Source: an uncultured Planctomycetaceae bacterium (lineage in GTDB: Bacteria > Planctomycetota > Planctomycetia > Planctomycetales > Planctomycetaceae). Taken from it: DNA of 64,000 bases. A program made the translations under genes and the position numbers. The DNA is taken from assembly GCA_963815195.1 (NCBI GenBank), contig CAWFGE010000011.1, positions 51,756-115,755 on the forward strand. Direction: 5' to 3'. The notes beneath the pieces are model-generated. The model saw nothing but the letters and a program-made list of their open reading frames with translations, searched no databases and was not told where the DNA came from. Below, piece after piece: positions 36,248-45,294 of this stretch. Numbering within the stretch: position 1 is the stretch's first letter; the number at the start of each line of letters is the position of its first letter.

Positions 36248-36367
36248 GTCAATCAATAGAAAATAGAAGGCAGGCAGGAGCCTGCCCTACTCGCCTGCCT
36301 TTTTCCGTTATTTGGCAATCGTCAATCAATAGAAAATAGAAGGCAGGCAGGAGCCTGCCCTACTCGA

Positions 36368-36451
36368 CTGTTCCTCCCCTCCGCCCAACACCGCTTCGGC
36401 CGCATCCGCGAGCGGTGAGAAACACCCGGCGAGGGAGAGCCGTAGAGTGGG
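36368..36451 (+). repeat. 84-bp perfect direct repeat, right copy; runs into a GTAG REP doublet at 36442-36504
   Basis: Identical to 29815-29898; overlaps GTAGAGTGGGGATCGCCCACCA...TGGTGGGCGATGCCCACCCTAC. Confidence 0.95.
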
Positions 36452-36463
36452 GATCGCCCACCA

Positions 36464-36793
36464 TTATTTGGTCGAGAACCATTGGTGGGCGATGCCCACC
36501 CTACTTACCTTGCAAATGGACGCGACCGCGTTGCCCGCGAAGCCTGCGAGGATGCAGGCCAGCCAGAGATTCGAGAGGCCGCCGCCGGTGAGGAGGTCGG
36601 TGTAAGCGCGGGTCAAGCCGCAACCCGGGCAGGCGTGGAATGTCGCCTGGACCGGGCAAGACCAGCCGGCCAGCGGAACCAGAGCGCGGAGCCCGGCGTA
36701 CATCGTCCAGAGAACGAACGGCAGATTGTAGCCTATGACAATCCGCCACGCGCGCCGCTTCGGGCTAACGCTTGAGCTCGTTTCCCTCGGCAT
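36464..36793 (-). CDS. DUF2752-like small membrane protein
   Basis: CP...CPGCGLTRA motif; the C-terminus reads through a REP. Confidence 0.75.
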   Translation of the reverse strand: MPRETSSSVSPKRRAWRIVIGYNLPFVLWTMYAGLRALVPLAGWSCPVQATFHACPGCGLTRAYTDLLTGGGLSNLWLACILAGFAGNAVASICKVSRVGIAHQWFSTK

Positions 36794-36980
36794 CCTTCAT
36801 TTTTCCCATGAGGATCATGATGAAGTCGATCAGGGCCCAAACTCCGCAGCCGCCCAGCGTGAGAAGCTTCAAGACGCCGAGGCCCGTGTAGCCGAGGTAA
36901 AACCGGTCCACGCCCAATCCGCCGAGAAAGAAGGACAACAATGCCGTCGTCGTAAAGTCCCGTTGCTTCAGTTCATTCAT
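36765..36980 (-). CDS. TM2 domain-containing protein
   Basis: LLSFFLGGLGVDRFYLG...LTLGGCGVWALID is the TM2 signature. Confidence 0.9.
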   Translation of the reverse strand: MNELKQRDFTTTALLSFFLGGLGVDRFYLGYTGLGVLKLLTLGGCGVWALIDFIMILMGKMKDAEGNELKR

Positions 36981-37154
36981 CGTGAGAGGCTCCTGTTGCG
37001 AGAGGGGAAAGCAAGAAAGGCGGCCGTCGAAAGGTTCTTCATCAAGAACGGAAGGCATTCTGCCCCAAGCGTTACTGATTGTCAATTGTCCCGTGCTGTG
37101 CAGCTTTTGAGTTTCAACAGCCGACACCCCCCGGCGTGCAAGTTCTGCGTATCT

Positions 37155-38789
37155 TCACCGCCTGGGCCGGGTGAGCCATTCTTCCAGGGTGGGCAGGTTG
37201 GCTTGGATCAGGCTTTTGCCGGCTTTCCAGAATTGCTTGGCCAGCCGCTCCACGCGGTGGGCTTTGAGTTCCTTATGCAAGGTGCGGAGCAGCGAGCACG
37301 CGCGGGCGTTGTCCAACAGGGGCGTCATCGCGGGCAGAAGGGACTCGTCCACGCCGAATTCCCGATTCCGGGCCACGTCCGCGCACACCGGAACCACGCC
37401 GACGAGCGCGCTGGCAAACTGCTCGGCGTTGTAGCGGACGGCCTCGCGAATGTTGACCTCCTTCGGCCGGCTGCCGGACTGCCAATCGTAAGGCGGCGAC
37501 CATTCCATCACCGGGCTGAGCAAATCGATGTGCGTCAACACGCCCAGCACCGGCACGGGCTTGAGCTCTTTACGCACCTCGAACCAGGCCCTGAGCGTTT
37601 CGAGCATTTCCCGGTCCGGCTCGCGGGCGGGGCTGTTGGCGTTCATCACGAACAGCACCAAATCCGCGTCGCGGAGGGCCTGCTTGGTTTCTTCGAGTTG
37701 CTTGATTGTCGCGCCGTCCGCGGCGTAGCCCACCGTGTCGAGCAAGGTCAGATGGTCGTCGGCTTCCTCCCAGTCCAGCCGATACCGCGCGACCTCGCTG
37801 GTCGCCGGGAGAATATCCGTCTTGGCCTGTTGATCGCCCAGGATCGCATTGATGAGACTCGATTTCCCGGCTTTCGTTTGCCCGACCAAAGCGATCGTGA
37901 CTTCGGTGCGTTGTTCCTCGTCCGGTGCCTGTTGTCCGTTGTCGGGTGGGTTTGTTTTTTCGTCGGGCTTTGGAGCGGTCTCCGTGACCGGGGGGCTGAC
38001 ACCCCCCGCTCGCCTTTCCCGGGCTTCCATCTTCTTGAGCGTTTCGCGGAAGCGGTCGGCGCCGCCGGCGAGCCGGCCGCTGTTGAGTTCGATGGCATAA
38101 TAACCCACGCGTTCGATGAACATGATCGTGAACCACGCGAGCACGTTGGACTGGATGTCGCGCGTGACGGGGTTGACGACAAAATGCGACGCCGCGTACC
38201 GGGCGACCACGGTCTGCGGAGCCAGAATGGCGGAGATCGGCCAATAGAACTTCGAGAGCGTGTTCGACCACTTGGGGATTTTCGCGAGATGCCGATAGTG
38301 GTTGACGGTCATGAGATGCGACGCGGGCACATAGTCGTCGACAAGTTCCGCCAGATCCTCAAACACCAGTTCCAAAGCCGCGAGGATTTCGGGAATGGTG
38401 AGTTGGCTGACCGGGTCCTTGGCTTTGGGATGGTACACGTGGGCGATCTCCAGGGACAACTGCGTCGCGGTGTCCACGTAGAATTGGATCCGCGTCAAGT
38501 CGTCCGGCGGGATTTGCCCCAGGGATTTCGAGCGTTCCAGGACGAGCTTCCACGCGGCCTGGTCGCGGGGCGTCCAATGCATGGGAATCTCGCTGCTGAC
38601 GTCGGGCGGGGCGAAATACTTCTTCCACCAGCGGAGCAAAAAAAACGCGAGCCCCCAGCACACCGGCCAGGGCACCCATAGCCAGGTGTACCAGCCGTAC
38701 TTCCAGAGCGCCCAAGTGCCCACGGCCATATAAGCCAAGATCGGCAACAACAACAGCACAAGGACGACGAGCGAACGCCAGCGGCTCAT
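37155..38789 (-). CDS. Membrane-anchored P-loop GTPase (MMR_HSR1-like)
   Basis: Two N-terminal TM segments, G1 GQTKAGKSS, G3 DTVG and G4-like THID. Confidence 0.85.
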   Translation of the reverse strand: MSRWRSLVVLVLLLLPILAYMAVGTWALWKYGWYTWLWVPWPVCWGLAFFLLRWWKKYFAPPDVSSEIPMHWTPRDQAAWKLVLERSKSLGQIPPDDLTRIQFYVDTATQLSLEIAHVYHPKAKDPVSQLTIPEILAALELVFEDLAELVDDYVPASHLMTVNHYRHLAKIPKWSNTLSKFYWPISAILAPQTVVARYAASHFVVNPVTRDIQSNVLAWFTIMFIERVGYYAIELNSGRLAGGADRFRETLKKMEARERRAGGVSPPVTETAPKPDEKTNPPDNGQQAPDEEQRTEVTIALVGQTKAGKSSLINAILGDQQAKTDILPATSEVARYRLDWEEADDHLTLLDTVGYAADGATIKQLEETKQALRDADLVLFVMNANSPAREPDREMLETLRAWFEVRKELKPVPVLGVLTHIDLLSPVMEWSPPYDWQSGSRPKEVNIREAVRYNAEQFASALVGVVPVCADVARNREFGVDESLLPAMTPLLDNARACSLLRTLHKELKAHRVERLAKQFWKAGKSLIQANLPTLEEWLTRPRR

Positions 38790-39991
38790 GGAGTGTCGCC
38801 TCCCTCGTGGTGCTTCTTCCAAAGCTCGCGCGCTGCGGCGGTTTGCTCCCGCATGACTTGTTGCAACTCCTCCCGCGTCGGGGCGTGGCCCATCAATTTT
38901 TCCCCATAGTACCAGCAGCAGCCCCGCCCCAGGGCATAAGTCGCCCCAAACGCGAGCGCTGCGTTCGCGGCCAGGCCGACGCCGGGCACGATCTTTAACG
39001 TCTCGCGAATGACCTGTCGCAGCGCCAATCGGCTGCTGACGGCCCCGGCCATTTGAAAGAACTGCTTCGAATCAAAATGCTGCCCGTAAAGGGCCGCGAT
39101 CCGGCGGATCAATTCGGACTGCACACCCATCACCACGGGGATGTCGATCCAAGGCACGGGCACCGCCGCCGCCGACGCCGCCATCGTCGCCGCGCTCAAC
39201 ACGTAAGGCATCGCCCGCTCTTCGTGCAAATCCTTGAGGGAATCCATCACGTCGGTCATCGTCAAAAACGTCTGCCGATATGCATCGGGCAAGCGGCGGA
39301 CGAGCGCGGCCTTCAAGCGGTCGCCGCCGAAGTTCGGCTCGGCAAAGCCTTCCTCCGGTTTGGTCAGATCGACGGGCACGATCTCGTCCGCCAGTCCCGA
39401 AAACCGCCGGGATTGCTCCTGCAAACTGCGGCGGAGATCGTCGGGCACGGCGTCGATGTCCGTGAAGCCGTCGGTTTCCGCGACATCGAACGGATCGGGC
39501 TTCGGATGCTGCTGTTGGGGATACAAATCGTGGAGGCAAGTCAGGACGAGAACCACCGGCCGCGTGGGTTTGGCTTTGCGGATTTTTTTGAGCGGTCCCA
39601 CGACGGAATCGAGCGCATGGTCGGCAATCCGGGCGGTGACGATCATCAAGTGCGCGGATTGATCGCTGGCTTCGATGTCGTCGGCGGGATCGTACCGGCT
39701 TTCGCCGATGCCCCGCGTGTCCAGAAATTCCAGGATGGGGCTCTCTGCGCTGGGAAAGGCATACCGGCGGGAGAACCGCGTCTCGGGGCGAAAGCCCGTG
39801 CCGATCTCGGCGTCCTCGGCCCCGGTGAGGAACCGGATCACCGACGTCTTCCCGCTGCCGGTTTTGCCGAACAGCCAAAACACGGGCACGGGGCAGCGTT
39901 CGAGCAGCTTGCCCCGTTCGCGTTCAAAATGTTCGGACTGGAATCTGCGCAATAGCCGGTCTTGAAACCAGCCGCGCACCGAATCAAACAT
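38786..39991 (-). CDS. GTPase with C-terminal YcjF/DUF697-like domain
   Basis: G1 GKTGSGKTS and G3 DTRG; AAAVPVPWID...IAALYG...KIVPGVG. Confidence 0.85.
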   Translation of the reverse strand: MFDSVRGWFQDRLLRRFQSEHFERERGKLLERCPVPVFWLFGKTGSGKTSVIRFLTGAEDAEIGTGFRPETRFSRRYAFPSAESPILEFLDTRGIGESRYDPADDIEASDQSAHLMIVTARIADHALDSVVGPLKKIRKAKPTRPVVLVLTCLHDLYPQQQHPKPDPFDVAETDGFTDIDAVPDDLRRSLQEQSRRFSGLADEIVPVDLTKPEEGFAEPNFGGDRLKAALVRRLPDAYRQTFLTMTDVMDSLKDLHEERAMPYVLSAATMAASAAAVPVPWIDIPVVMGVQSELIRRIAALYGQHFDSKQFFQMAGAVSSRLALRQVIRETLKIVPGVGLAANAALAFGATYALGRGCCWYYGEKLMGHAPTREELQQVMREQTAAARELWKKHHEGGDTP

Positions 39992-40408
39992 GGCGGGACT
40001 TTATCCTAAAGGAAAGCTCGGCGAGGGAGCCGCTGTCATCGTTATTCGTTCTTGCCTTCTCAATCTTATCGTTTCACCAGGCGAGCCAGAAGCCCTTCTC
40101 GTGAGCGGCCGGGCGCTGGCCGCCGGTTTTGGGGATCGCAAGACACCCATAGGAACGTGAAGAAAATAACTTCAACATCGGGACAAAAAGGCGAGCAGAC
40201 CAACCTGCGGTCGGTGCCCGCGTAAGCCCCCTGGTTATGTCGAGTCGTTCAAATCTTAGATTATTTTCTTGGCGATCCAGAAAATCACCGGCGGCTCGCG
40301 TCCCGCCGCTCAAGGATTATTCCCCAATGATTTGGCAAACGCGATCGAAATTGCCAAGATGGAGACGGTATAGCGTTCCGATTCTCGTATCAAGAAGACA
40401 GATCTGCG

Positions 40409-41243
40409 ATGTTGCGAAAGAACCTTGGGCCGTGGTCGGCGATGCTTGCGGGACTCCTCTTGGCTTTGGCTGTTTCGCCGCTCCGCGCACAGATGCAATA
40501 TCCGCTCGCGGTCGCGGGGACCGAGAAGGGGCCGATCTATGTCGCCGACCGCAAGCTGCCCGGGATTTGGAAAATCACCGACGGCAAAGCGGAAGCGTTT
40601 TTTCAGGCCTCGAAAAAATTCCGCACCCCGCTGAACGCGGTCAGGTGCCTGGCGTTCGACAAGGACGGGAAACTGCTCGCGGGGGACTCGGCCACGCGGG
40701 AGGTTTACCGCTTCGACGACAAAGCCCAACCGCAGCCTTTGACCGCAGGCAAGATTGGCATTCCCATGTCGATCGCCGTGAACGGACAAGGCGAACTCTT
40801 CGTGGCCGACTTGGAAACCCAGCGGATCTGGAAGGTCCCCGCCAAGGGCGGCGAACCGGAAGAGTTCGCCGTGCTCGCGGGGGTCCGCGGGTTGGCGTTC
40901 GATTCCGAAGGGCAACCTGATCGCCGTCACCAATCTCTCCGATCCCGTCAAAAAGATCTCGCCCGAAGGCAAAATCGAAGTCCTGGTCAAAGGCAGCCCG
41001 TTTGAGTTTCCGCACCACGTCGCGGTGGGCGAGAACGACGAACTCTACATCGCCGACAACTACGCCGGGTGCCTCTGGAAAGTCCCGCCCGGCGAACAGC
41101 CGGCAAAATTCGCCCAAGGCAAACCGCTCCAAAAACCGGTGGGCGTGACCCGCATCGGCAAGACTCTTTATGTCGCCGATCCGCACGCCCAGCAGGTGTT
41201 CTCCGTCGATGCGGAAGGCAAAGTGACCCCGCTGGTCAAATGA
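40409..41243 (+). CDS. Secreted NHL/SMP-30-like beta-propeller protein; frameshift near 40911
   Basis: Signal peptide and repeated P.xIAV..G.LYVAD units continuing to 41243. Confidence 0.8.
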
Positions 41244-41293
41244 AATTGGTCCCCGAAGGATCTCCAAGAACAACGGACAAAGGACCAAAGACG

Positions 41294-42744
41294 ATGCTCT
41301 CTCTGTTTCGGCCAAAATGCCCGCTCGATCCCAGCGAGAAGACGTGGATGGAATCGCGCGTGTCCTGGCTGTTGGGGCATTTGGGGTTCGAGCGGCTCCA
41401 GCAGATGGAAACGATTTTGCCCACGGGCGAATTTTTCCCGCTGCCCTACCACGGCGAGCCGGAGCAGGCTCAAAAGGTGTTCGAGCAAGTCTGCCGCTAT
41501 ATGCAGGCCGACCCGGGCAACTATCGCTTGAATGTCTTCGACGATGACACCGACCCGCGCAAGCTGCCGCACATGGAAAAGTGGGTCAGTTGGAAAAATG
41601 CGACGGCGTTCCCGTTTTACGAAGGGGCGGTGTACGAGCCGAACGAAAACCCGGGCGAACCGCATCTCGCCACGCTGCACATTCATCAGTCGATGGCGCG
41701 GGATTTGGAACTGGTGATCGCGCTGTTCAGCCGGGACATCAGCCAATCGCGGCTGTCGGCGGTGCCGAATCTGGAGATGGATCAAACCGAATATCAGCAC
41801 ACGCTGGAACTGCTGCCGCTGTTTTACGGGCTGGGCATTTTCGGGGCGAACGCGGTGATGCGGGAGCGGGCGGAGAACCTGCTCGGCTGGCATTATTGGT
41901 CGATGGTTCCGCAAGGGGCCTTGCCCGCGAGATACATCGGCTATGCCTTGGCTCTTTTATCGTGGCTCAGGCAGGAACCTTTGCCGGCCTGGCGGTCGTA
42001 CTTGCGGAGAGACGCCGAGGTCACGATGCAAGCGGGCCTCAAATATCTGGAGAAGACGGGCGATACAATCCTCGATCGCGAGCCGTCGGCGAAACCTTAT
42101 GACAGGCGTTCGCCCAGCCAATGGCTTGATGACCTCAAGACGGGCACACCGAGCCGGCGGATTGCCGCCTTGTGGGCGATCCAGTCGCACCCGGCCACCG
42201 TGCAGCCCGGCGAGTCGATCCATTTGATGACCGAAAACCTCTCGCATGCGAACGCCGTGGTGCGGGCCTCGGCGGCGGCGGCTTTGGACGCGATCGGAGA
42301 CCCTGCCGCGGACGCCGTGCCCGCTTTGCTGGTTGCCGCGCTCGAAGACCGCCGGGGGACGGTGCGAACGGTGGCGGCCTTGGCTCTCGGCAAAATGTCC
42401 TCGCGCAGGAGGAGATCATCCCCGAGCTTCTGCCGCTCTTAAAGGACCGCAATCTCAACGTGGCGAACGCGGCGGCGTGGTCCTTGGGGCAGTTCGGCCG
42501 CCGGGCGGAAGCCGCCGGCCCCTCGCTGGTCTGGCTGTTGCGGAAAGGAATTCTGCACTGCGAGGAATCGACCTTGAACGACATCCTCGATGCGCTCCGG
42601 TTCGTCACCGATCGACCGGACGCCGTGATTCGCGAAACCCTCGCCGAGCGCGACGCGGAAACCTGCGAGCGGGCGGTCAACTTGCTCAAAGAGCGCCAGA
42701 TCGACGCCCAGTCGGAGCAGACTTCAGGCCAGGGGACCGATTAA
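41294..42744 (+). CDS. HEAT-repeat protein; frameshift near 42397
   Basis: VRASAAAALDAIG...AVPAL and NVANAAAWSLGQFG HEAT units after an uncharacterised N-terminal domain. Confidence 0.75.
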
Positions 42745-42874
42745 GCCACCGTGCGCGGTTCCGCGTTCTAGATTTGCTTGTGCATCTTGAACCGATCCTG
42801 TTCGGCGGGGGACTCATTTCGTAGAATCGGTGCAGTCAATCCTTTGCGAGGAAAATGGAACGGTCGAGAGTACG

Positions 42875-43879
42875 ATGTTTGTAGATCGCGTGACGATATA
42901 TTGTGAAGCGGGCGACGGCGGCGACGGCTGCATGAGTTTTCGCCGGGAAGCCCACGTGCCGCGCGGCGGTCCCGACGGCGGCGACGGCGGGCGCGGCGGC
43001 AGCGTCGTTGTGGTCGCGGATGAAAACGTCAGCAGCCTCTCGAACATCGTCGGCCATAAGCATTGGAAAGCCGAGCGCGGCCGGCACGGGGAAGGCGACC
43101 TCCGAACGGGCCGCAGCGGCGACGATGCCATCATCCGCGTGCCGCCGGGCACCCTGGTTCGCGATGCCGACCGCGGGCATCTGCTCAAAGATTTGACCGA
43201 AAACGGCGAATCGATCGTGATCGCCCAAGGCGGCAAAGGCGGCAAAGGCAACAAACGCTTCGCGTCCGCCACCAATCAGGCCCCCCGCGAAACCGAGCCC
43301 GGCGAACCGGGCGAGAAGCGAAACGTCGTTTTGGAACTCAAACTGATCGCGGACGTGGGACTCATCGGTCTGCCCAACGCAGGCAAGTCCACGCTGCTCA
43401 GCCGGGTCTCCAGGGCCACGCCCGAAATCGCCAACTACCCCTTCACCACGAAATACCCCAACCTGGGCCTCGTGCAAGTGGGGTTCGAGCATCAGTTCGT
43501 CGTCGCGGACATTCCCGGTTTGATCGAAGGCGCCCACGCCGGCGTCGGTTTGGGGCACGAGTTCTTAAAGCACGTCGAGCGCACCCGCGTCCTGGTGCAT
43601 CTCGTGGAACCCGATCCGATGGATCAAAGCGACCCTTTGGAAAACTACCGCCAGATCCGCGAGGAACTCAAACTCTACGATCCGAAGCTCAGCGAACGGC
43701 CGGAGATTCTCGTCGTCAGCAAATGCGAGCTTCCCGATGCAGACACCGTGGCCGAGTTTTTGGAGGAAACGTATCACCGCCCGGTGCTGAAAATCTCCTC
43801 CGCGACCGGGCAAGGCCTGGACCAGCTCATCGGCCGCATTCTGTCCGAACTGCAAAAACTGGAAGAGCCCGCGTGGTGA
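42875..43879 (+). CDS. obgE: GTPase ObgE/CgtA
   Basis: MFVD...GGPDGGDGGRGG, ADVGLIGLPNAGKST, YPFTT and DIPGLIEGA motifs. Confidence 0.97.
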   Translation: MFVDRVTIYCEAGDGGDGCMSFRREAHVPRGGPDGGDGGRGGSVVVVADENVSSLSNIVGHKHWKAERGRHGEGDLRTGRSGDDAIIRVPPGTLVRDADRGHLLKDLTENGESIVIAQGGKGGKGNKRFASATNQAPRETEPGEPGEKRNVVLELKLIADVGLIGLPNAGKSTLLSRVSRATPEIANYPFTTKYPNLGLVQVGFEHQFVVADIPGLIEGAHAGVGLGHEFLKHVERTRVLVHLVEPDPMDQSDPLENYRQIREELKLYDPKLSERPEILVVSKCELPDADTVAEFLEETYHRPVLKISSATGQGLDQLIGRILSELQKLEEPAW

Positions 43880-44002
43880 AACGCGATTGTGGAGCGAAAC
43901 GGCCTGCCTGCGGAATGGTTTCGTGGAACGCCGGTCCCCTCTGCCGTACAATAGTTTAGGCTCCTGGTAAAACCGCAACCTCCATCACCCGAAGGCCGGC
44001 TT

Positions 44003-44683
44003 ATGGCGACGACGATTACGGCTCCGCGAACCACGTGTCTCCCCACGCATTGGAGTCTCGCGGACATACAAAATCATCTCGGCGGGATTCCATTGGAACG
44101 CATCCGCAGTTTCCCGCCGCCTGGACTGGCCACCATCGAAGATGCGGAAAACCTGGCTTCCCGGAAAGAAGCGATCTGCGAACTGATCGACGGCATCTTG
44201 GTGGAGAAGACGATGGGCTTTTACGAATCGTTCCTGGCGATGCTGATTGGCACCAAGCTCACCACCTTCGTCGTCGAGAATCAATTGGGAATCGTGCTCG
44301 GCGAAGGGGGGACGCTGCAGATTCTACCCGATCAGGTTCGCATTCCCGATGTGTGCTTTATCAGTTGGTCCAGGATTCCACGCGGGGCACTGCCAAGGGA
44401 ACCGATTCCAGAACTCGTTCCCGATCTGGCGATCGAGGTCCTTTCGGAAGGCAATCGGCCGGGTGAAATGGAGAGAAAACGCCAAGACTATTTCCAAGCC
44501 GGCGTCCGCCTGGTGTGGTACATCGACCCCCGCGACCGCTCGGCCACGATTTACACCTCCGCCCAAGACCCAGGCACCCGCCACGCAGAAACCGAACCCC
44601 TCCCCGCCGGCGACGTGCTCCCCGGTTTTACATTGTCCCTCGCCGAAATCTTCCGGCAAGCGGATAGCCAAGCGGGGCGGTGA
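44003..44683 (+). CDS. Uma2 family endonuclease
   Basis: ELIDGILVEK, VRIPDVCFI, PDLAIEVLS, YFQAGVRLVWYIDP and VLPGF motifs. Confidence 0.92.
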   Translation: MATTITAPRTTCLPTHWSLADIQNHLGGIPLERIRSFPPPGLATIEDAENLASRKEAICELIDGILVEKTMGFYESFLAMLIGTKLTTFVVENQLGIVLGEGGTLQILPDQVRIPDVCFISWSRIPRGALPREPIPELVPDLAIEVLSEGNRPGEMERKRQDYFQAGVRLVWYIDPRDRSATIYTSAQDPGTRHAETEPLPAGDVLPGFTLSLAEIFRQADSQAGR

Positions 44684-44767
44684 AGCGCGAGATAAGGCGA
44701 ATGGGAAGCGAGCCGGCATCACGGAATTGCCCGCATACATTTTCAAGCGAAAATAGGCGAACAACCA

Positions 44768-45079
44768 ATGACGACTCTTGATCCACTTTACGCCCGGCTC
44801 CTGCAGCTCGGTTTCCTGATTCTGCGGGAAGCTCACGAGGCGAAAAACGTTGCGTGGGTTCGGGCCGAGATCGAACTCCTGCACAACGTGCCCAGCTTGA
44901 TCGGCGAACCGAACGCCGAGCGGCATCGTTATTTCCTTGAGAAAGAGCGAACGGCCTATCGCGAGTGGGTCTGCGGATCGGGATCGGAAGAAATTGCACA
45001 GAAGATGCGAACCTACTACGAGCCCCTCTGGGAAGAGCTCGACCGTCGGTTTGAAATGGAAGAGCAACAAGTCGGGTGA
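44768..45079 (+). CDS. Hypothetical 103-aa helical protein
   Basis: Clean ORF with host-like codon use, lying between the two copies of the Uma2 3' end. Confidence 0.7.
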   Translation: MTTLDPLYARLLQLGFLILREAHEAKNVAWVRAEIELLHNVPSLIGEPNAERHRYFLEKERTAYREWVCGSGSEEIAQKMRTYYEPLWEELDRRFEMEEQQVG

Positions 45080-45092
45080 ACCTTCCGCTTCG

Positions 45093-45194
45093 CGCGGAAA
45101 CCGAACCCCCTCACCGCCGGCGACGTGCTCCCCGGTTTTACCTTGTCCCTCGCCGAAATCTTTAGGCAAGCGGATAGCCAAGCGGGGCGGTGAA
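45093..45194 (+). repeat. ~100-bp imperfect direct repeat of the Uma2 gene 3' end (44584-44684)
   Basis: GAAACCGAACCCC...GCGGATAGCCAAGCGGGGCGGTGAA occurs in both; 5 substitutions and 1 indel counted by eye. Confidence 0.92.
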
Positions 45195-45294
45195 CGGCGA
45201 GAGAAGAAAGAAAAAGGTGGCACGATCTCGTGCCCGCCATCTACTCACTGCATGCGCATTCAGCGGACGACAGGATCTTATTGAGGGAGTAGTG

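Larger units (their letters stand above)
29899..36367. mobile_element. ~6.5-kb integrase-less genomic islet between 84-bp direct repeats
   Basis: Direct repeats, truncated genes at both cargo ends, visibly lower-GC toxin and immunity genes, internal IS1380. Confidence 0.8.

Noticed and set aside
36735..38681. Long antisense ORFs (e.g. 648 aa here, 745 aa opposite purL, 501 aa opposite lysA)
   Set aside because: Shadow frames of GC-rich genes on the other strand, with no recognisable motifs.
44584..45194. Diversity-generating retroelement VR/TR pair at the Uma2 3' end
   Set aside because: The differences are not adenine-specific (only 2 of 5 substitutions have A in the downstream copy) and no reverse transcriptase is in the window.
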